Positions 60,404-64,000 of a DNA stretch of 64,000 nucleotides are shown here, piece by piece. The DNA is from Candidatus Multivoradales bacterium (GTDB lineage: Bacteria; Acidobacteriota; Thermoanaerobaculia; Multivoradales; JAHEKO01). The stretch's first letter is position 1; every line of letters starts with the position of its first letter. The DNA is taken from contig CBDCVR010000014.1 in the NCBI GenBank assembly GCA_965223155.1, forward strand, positions 1,248,001-1,312,000. Direction: 5' to 3'. Both the position numbers and the translations under genes were made by a program. Under the pieces are notes generated by a model. It was not told where the DNA came from. It saw only the letters and a program-made list of their open reading frames with translations, and made no database searches.

Positions 60404-62163
60404 TGGGGCACGCCGCGCGCCAGCGGGCCGGTTCGCTTCAGCAAGGGTGCGCTCGGCGGGCCCGGTTCGGACTCGGACTCGCGCTCGCCCTGGCGCTCGC
60501 GGCGACCCCCCTCTCCGGCCAGACCCGGCCGCACCGGCCGGCCTCGGAAGGGCTCGTCGTGAGCGACCACGAGCTGGCTTCTGCGGCCGGCCGGGACGTC
60601 CTCGCCCGCGGCGGCAACGCCGTCGACGCTGCGGTCGCCACCGCCTTCGCGCTCGCCGTCACCCATCCGGCCGCGGGCAACGTCGGCGGTGGTGGATTTC
60701 TCCTCTTCCATGGCGCCGACGGCGACGCGACCAGCTTCAACTTTCGGGAGACGGCGCCGGCGGCCGCCCGCGAGGAGATGTTCCTCGATCCCAGCGGCGA
60801 GGTGCGGGCGAATTCCAATCACGACGGCCCGCTCTCGGTCGGCGTACCGGGTACGGTCGCGGGGCTCTGGGCCGCACACCAGCGTTTCGGCAGCCTACCC
60901 TGGAAGGACCTTGTCCAGCCCGCCGTGGATCTGGCCGAGAACGGCTTTCCGGTGACCTGGGAGCTCATCCCGTTCATGAAGCGGCTGGCCAAGGTCGACC
61001 ATCCCTGGTACCGGGAGACTCGCAAGGTCTTTCTGAAAGAAGGCGAGCCCTACGCCGCCAACGAGCTCTTGCGGCAGCCCGATCTGGCCCGCACTCTGGA
61101 GCGGATTCGCGACTCCGGCCGCGACGGCTTCTATCTCGGCGAGACCGCCGAGCTGATCGTCGCGTACATGGAGTCGATGGGCGGGCTCATCACGCGGGAA
61201 GATCTGGCGGCCTACGAACCCATCGAGCAGCCACCGGTGCGAGGCACCTACCGGGGCTGGCAGATCCTGGGCATGGCGCCGCCGTCGAGCGGCGGAGTCG
61301 CCGTCATCCAGATGCTCAACGTTCTCGAGGCGTACGATCTCGAGACGCTCGGCCACAACAGCGCGGCCTACGTCCACCTGCTGGCCGAGGCGATGCGGAG
61401 GGCGTTCGCCGACCGCGCCCAGCACCTCGGCGATCCGGCCGCCAACCCCGACCTGCCGGTCGAGCGCCTGCTGTCCAAGAAACACGCCGCCGCCGTCCGC
61501 CAGACGATCGAGCCCGACCGCGCCTCGACCAGCGATCCTGACGAGCTCGATTCGCCCTACGTAGCCCGGAGCGAGAGCGAGGAGACGACCCACTTTTCGA
61601 TCGTGGACGCCGACGGCGACGCCGTGGCCGTGACCTATACCCTCGAGTACTCCTACGGCTCGCGCATGGTGGTCGAAGGCGCCGGGTTTCTGCTCAACAA
61701 CGAGATGGGCGATTTCAACCCGCTCCCCGGCAAGACCTGGCGCAACGGAATCATCGGTACGAAACCGAACCTCATCGCGCCGGGCAAGCGCATGCTCTCG
61801 TCGATGTCTCCCACCATCGTGGCCAAGGACGGCAAGCCGGTCTTGATCGTGGGCAGCCCCGGCGGCCGGACGATCATCAACACCGTCCTTCAGGTTCTCT
61901 TGAACGTCCTCGACCACGGCATGAACGTGGCCGAGGCGGTGGCCGCGGGCCGAGTCCACCACCAGTGGCTGCCCGACGACCTCCGCGTCGAGCGCTGGGG
62001 GCTCTCGCCCGACACCGAGCGGCTTCTCACCGCCAAGGGGCACCGTCTGGTGCCGCGCGGATCCCAAGGGCGCGCCCACGTGATCTTGATCGACCCCGAG
62101 TCCGGGATGCGCTACGGCGCCTCCGACCCCCGAGCCTTCAACGGCAGCGCGGCCGGCGACTAA
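60403..62163 (+). CDS. ggt: Gamma-glutamyltransferase
   Basis: GGNAVDAAVA, GNVGGGGF, FRETAP, GVPGTVAG, ETTHFS (catalytic Thr), LNNEMGDF, KRMLSSMSPT, GSPGG. Confidence 0.93.
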   Translation: MGHAARQRAGSLQQGCARRARFGLGLALALALAATPLSGQTRPHRPASEGLVVSDHELASAAGRDVLARGGNAVDAAVATAFALAVTHPAAGNVGGGGFLLFHGADGDATSFNFRETAPAAAREEMFLDPSGEVRANSNHDGPLSVGVPGTVAGLWAAHQRFGSLPWKDLVQPAVDLAENGFPVTWELIPFMKRLAKVDHPWYRETRKVFLKEGEPYAANELLRQPDLARTLERIRDSGRDGFYLGETAELIVAYMESMGGLITREDLAAYEPIEQPPVRGTYRGWQILGMAPPSSGGVAVIQMLNVLEAYDLETLGHNSAAYVHLLAEAMRRAFADRAQHLGDPAANPDLPVERLLSKKHAAAVRQTIEPDRASTSDPDELDSPYVARSESEETTHFSIVDADGDAVAVTYTLEYSYGSRMVVEGAGFLLNNEMGDFNPLPGKTWRNGIIGTKPNLIAPGKRMLSSMSPTIVAKDGKPVLIVGSPGGRTIINTVLQVLLNVLDHGMNVAEAVAAGRVHHQWLPDDLRVERWGLSPDTERLLTAKGHRLVPRGSQGRAHVILIDPESGMRYGASDPRAFNGSAAGD

Positions 62164-62212
62164 CAGGCGCCGAAGCCGTTTTCCCACCGCAACGCCCAAA
62201 GGAGTCCCGTCC

Positions 62213-64000
62213 ATGGCCCGAACCTTCCTCCTAACACTCGCCGCCGTCTTCGCGCTCGCTCTTTCCACGGTGCCCGCCGCACCCGCCTCCGAGACTGGCG
62301 AGGCCGACGAAGCCGCCCCGTCCGCCGAGGCGGCTGAGTCGACTGAGGCCGAAGACTCCGGGGAAGTAGCCTGGAGTGTTTCCGAGCCGCCTGGTCCGTG
62401 GCGCACGGTCGCGATCGACACCACCGAGACGACCTGGTCCAACGTCGACGTCTCGCCCGACGGTTCGACCCTGCTCTTCGACGTTCTGGGCGACATCTTC
62501 ACGGTGCCGATCGCGGGCGGTGAAGCCACCGCGCTGACCTCGGACGTTGCCTGGAACTACCAGCCCAAGTACAGCCCGGACGGCAGCGAGATCGTCTTCG
62601 TCTCCGACCGCGCCGGTGGAGACAACCTCTGGATTATGGGCTCCGCTGGCTCTGCTGGCTCCGCTGGCTCTGCTGGCTCTGCTGGCTCCGCTGGCTCCGC
62701 TGGCTCCGATAGCTCCGAGCCCCGAGCCGTGACCGCCGAGAAGGCCAACCTCGTTCACAACCCGTCCTGGAGCCCGGACGGCCGCTACCTCGTCGCCAAG
62801 AAGTCCTTCATGTCGACCCGCTCGATCGCCGCCGGCGAGATCTGGCTCTTTCACGCCGGGCACGAGGGCGGAGGTCTCCAGCTCACCAAGCGGCCGCACG
62901 GCGACCGCGACCAGAAGAACCAGGCCGACCCCGTGTTCTCGGCCGACGGAAGATACGTCTACTTCGCCCAGGACGTGACCTCTGGGCGCATCTGGCAATA
63001 CGGCAAGGACTCGACCGGCCAGATCTTCGTCATCCAGCGCTACGATCGGGAGACCGGCAAGACCCAGCGATTCGTGACCGGTCCGGGCGGCGCGGTGCGG
63101 CCGACGCCGTCTCCCGACGGCAAGTACCTCGCCTTCATCAAACGCCTGCCGGGCCTCCAGTCGGCCATCTATCTGAAGGATCTCGATTCGGGCCGGGAGT
63201 GGGCGATCTACGACCGCTTCGAGCGCGATCTCCAGGAGACCTCGGGCACCGAGGGCAACGCGCCCGCGATCGCCTGGACGCCCGACTCCGGGTCGATCGT
63301 CTTCTGGACCGGCGGCGGCTTCCACCGCATCGACGTCGCCTCGCGAGAGGTCACGGCGATCCCGGTGCGAGTACGCAAGGAGATGCGCGTGCGCGAGACC
63401 CTGCGCCGCACCGTCGAGGTCGCGCCCGAGACGTTTCGCGTGCGCATGCCGCGCTGGCCGGTGGTCTCTCCCGACGGCTCGACCGCGGTCTTCCAGGCCC
63501 TGGGGGTCCTCTGGACCAAGAAGCTGCCCGACGGCACGGCTCGACGGCTGACCGGCCAGGACGATCACTTCGAGTTGTTTCCGTCCTTCTCGCCCGACGG
63601 CCGCTCGATCGTCTACGCCACCTGGCATGACGGCGAGCAGGGCTCGGTGCGGATCGTCCCGGCCGCGGGCGGCAACAGCCGGGCGCTGACGTCGCGTCCG
63701 GGTAACTACGTCGAGCCCGCGTTCTCGCCCGATGGCAAGAGCGTCGCCTTCGGCCAGATCGGGGGCGGCTACCTGTTGTCGAACCTATGGTCGCTCGAGC
63801 CCGGCTTGTACACGGTACCGGCAGGCGGCGGCGAGCCCGAGCGTGTGACCGAGAGTGGATTCTCGCCCCGCTTCGGCGTCGGCGGAGAACGCTTGTTCTT
63901 CCTCGACCACGGCGAAAGCGGCCTGGTGCTGAAAAGCGTCAACCTGTCCGGCGACGACGAGACCACTCACGCCACCGGCACCGGCATGGCCGAGCTCGCG
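62213..64000 (+). CDS. Secreted TolB-like/PD40 beta-propeller protein (N-terminus typical of propeller-amidohydrolase fusions), truncated
   Basis: Manual translation from ATG 62213 (AAGGAG RBS): signal peptide, TWSNVDVSPDG, QPKYSPDG, SDRAGGDNLW and repeated P.(W/F)SPDG. The catalytic domain is not in the window. Confidence 0.75.
   Translation, partial: MARTFLLTLAAVFALALSTVPAAPASETGEADEAAPSAEAAESTEAEDSGEVAWSVSEPPGPWRTVAIDTTETTWSNVDVSPDGSTLLFDVLGDIFTVPIAGGEATALTSDVAWNYQPKYSPDGSEIVFVSDRAGGDNLWIMGSAGSAGSAGSAGSAGSAGSAGSDSSEPRAVTAEKANLVHNPSWSPDGRYLVAKKSFMSTRSIAAGEIWLFHAGHEGGGLQLTKRPHGDRDQKNQADPVFSADGRYVYFAQDVTSGRIWQYGKDSTGQIFVIQRYDRETGKTQRFVTGPGGAVRPTPSPDGKYLAFIKRLPGLQSAIYLKDLDSGREWAIYDRFERDLQETSGTEGNAPAIAWTPDSGSIVFWTGGGFHRIDVASREVTAIPVRVRKEMRVRETLRRTVEVAPETFRVRMPRWPVVSPDGSTAVFQALGVLWTKKLPDGTARRLTGQDDHFELFPSFSPDGRSIVYATWHDGEQGSVRIVPAAGGNSRALTSRPGNYVEPAFSPDGKSVAFGQIGGGYLLSNLWSLEPGLYTVPAGGGEPERVTESGFSPRFGVGGERLFFLDHGESGLVLKSVNLSGDDETTHATGTGMAELA
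62639..62710 (+). repeat. 9-bp in-frame tandem repeat GGCTCYGCT x7 + 1 variant, encoding (GSA)7GSD
   Basis: Directly visible in the sequence. Confidence 0.95.

Overview
High-GC bacterial DNA, densely coding, with no rRNA, tRNA, CRISPR array, transposase or integrase recognised. The gene content resembles Acidobacteriota, but that is an impression and untested. From left to right: an AlkP-family lipoprotein with a DUF2723-type membrane glycosyltransferase; a MoCo-sulfurase-like PLP enzyme; a PQQ-type propeller; a zinc-ribbon RNase HI; tdh-kbl; a ~13.8 kb surface-glycan block that includes a sulfotransferase-sulfatase fusion; an RND system with two permeases; an acyltransferase; a GcvT-like gene with two phytoene-dehydrogenase-like flavoproteins; and a secreted Ig-domain protein. 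Next is a convergent signalling locus (39.1-51.2 kb). One arm carries two secreted subtilases, each ending in eight GFLW(S/T)D hexapeptides, followed by a beta-propeller hybrid kinase. The other arm carries a c-di-GMP enzyme and a sigma54 activator. Each arm is preceded by a similar sigma54 -24/-12 motif. After that come a Rieske / cytochrome b / octaheme HAO-family / NapA / tetraheme NapB-like / porin operon, a GNAT, a GGT and a truncated TolB-like propeller gene. The best candidate for an undescribed system is the hexapeptide-subtilase signalling locus; the second is the bc-HAO-Nap operon. All calls come from reading motifs by eye, and several start codons are judgement calls.
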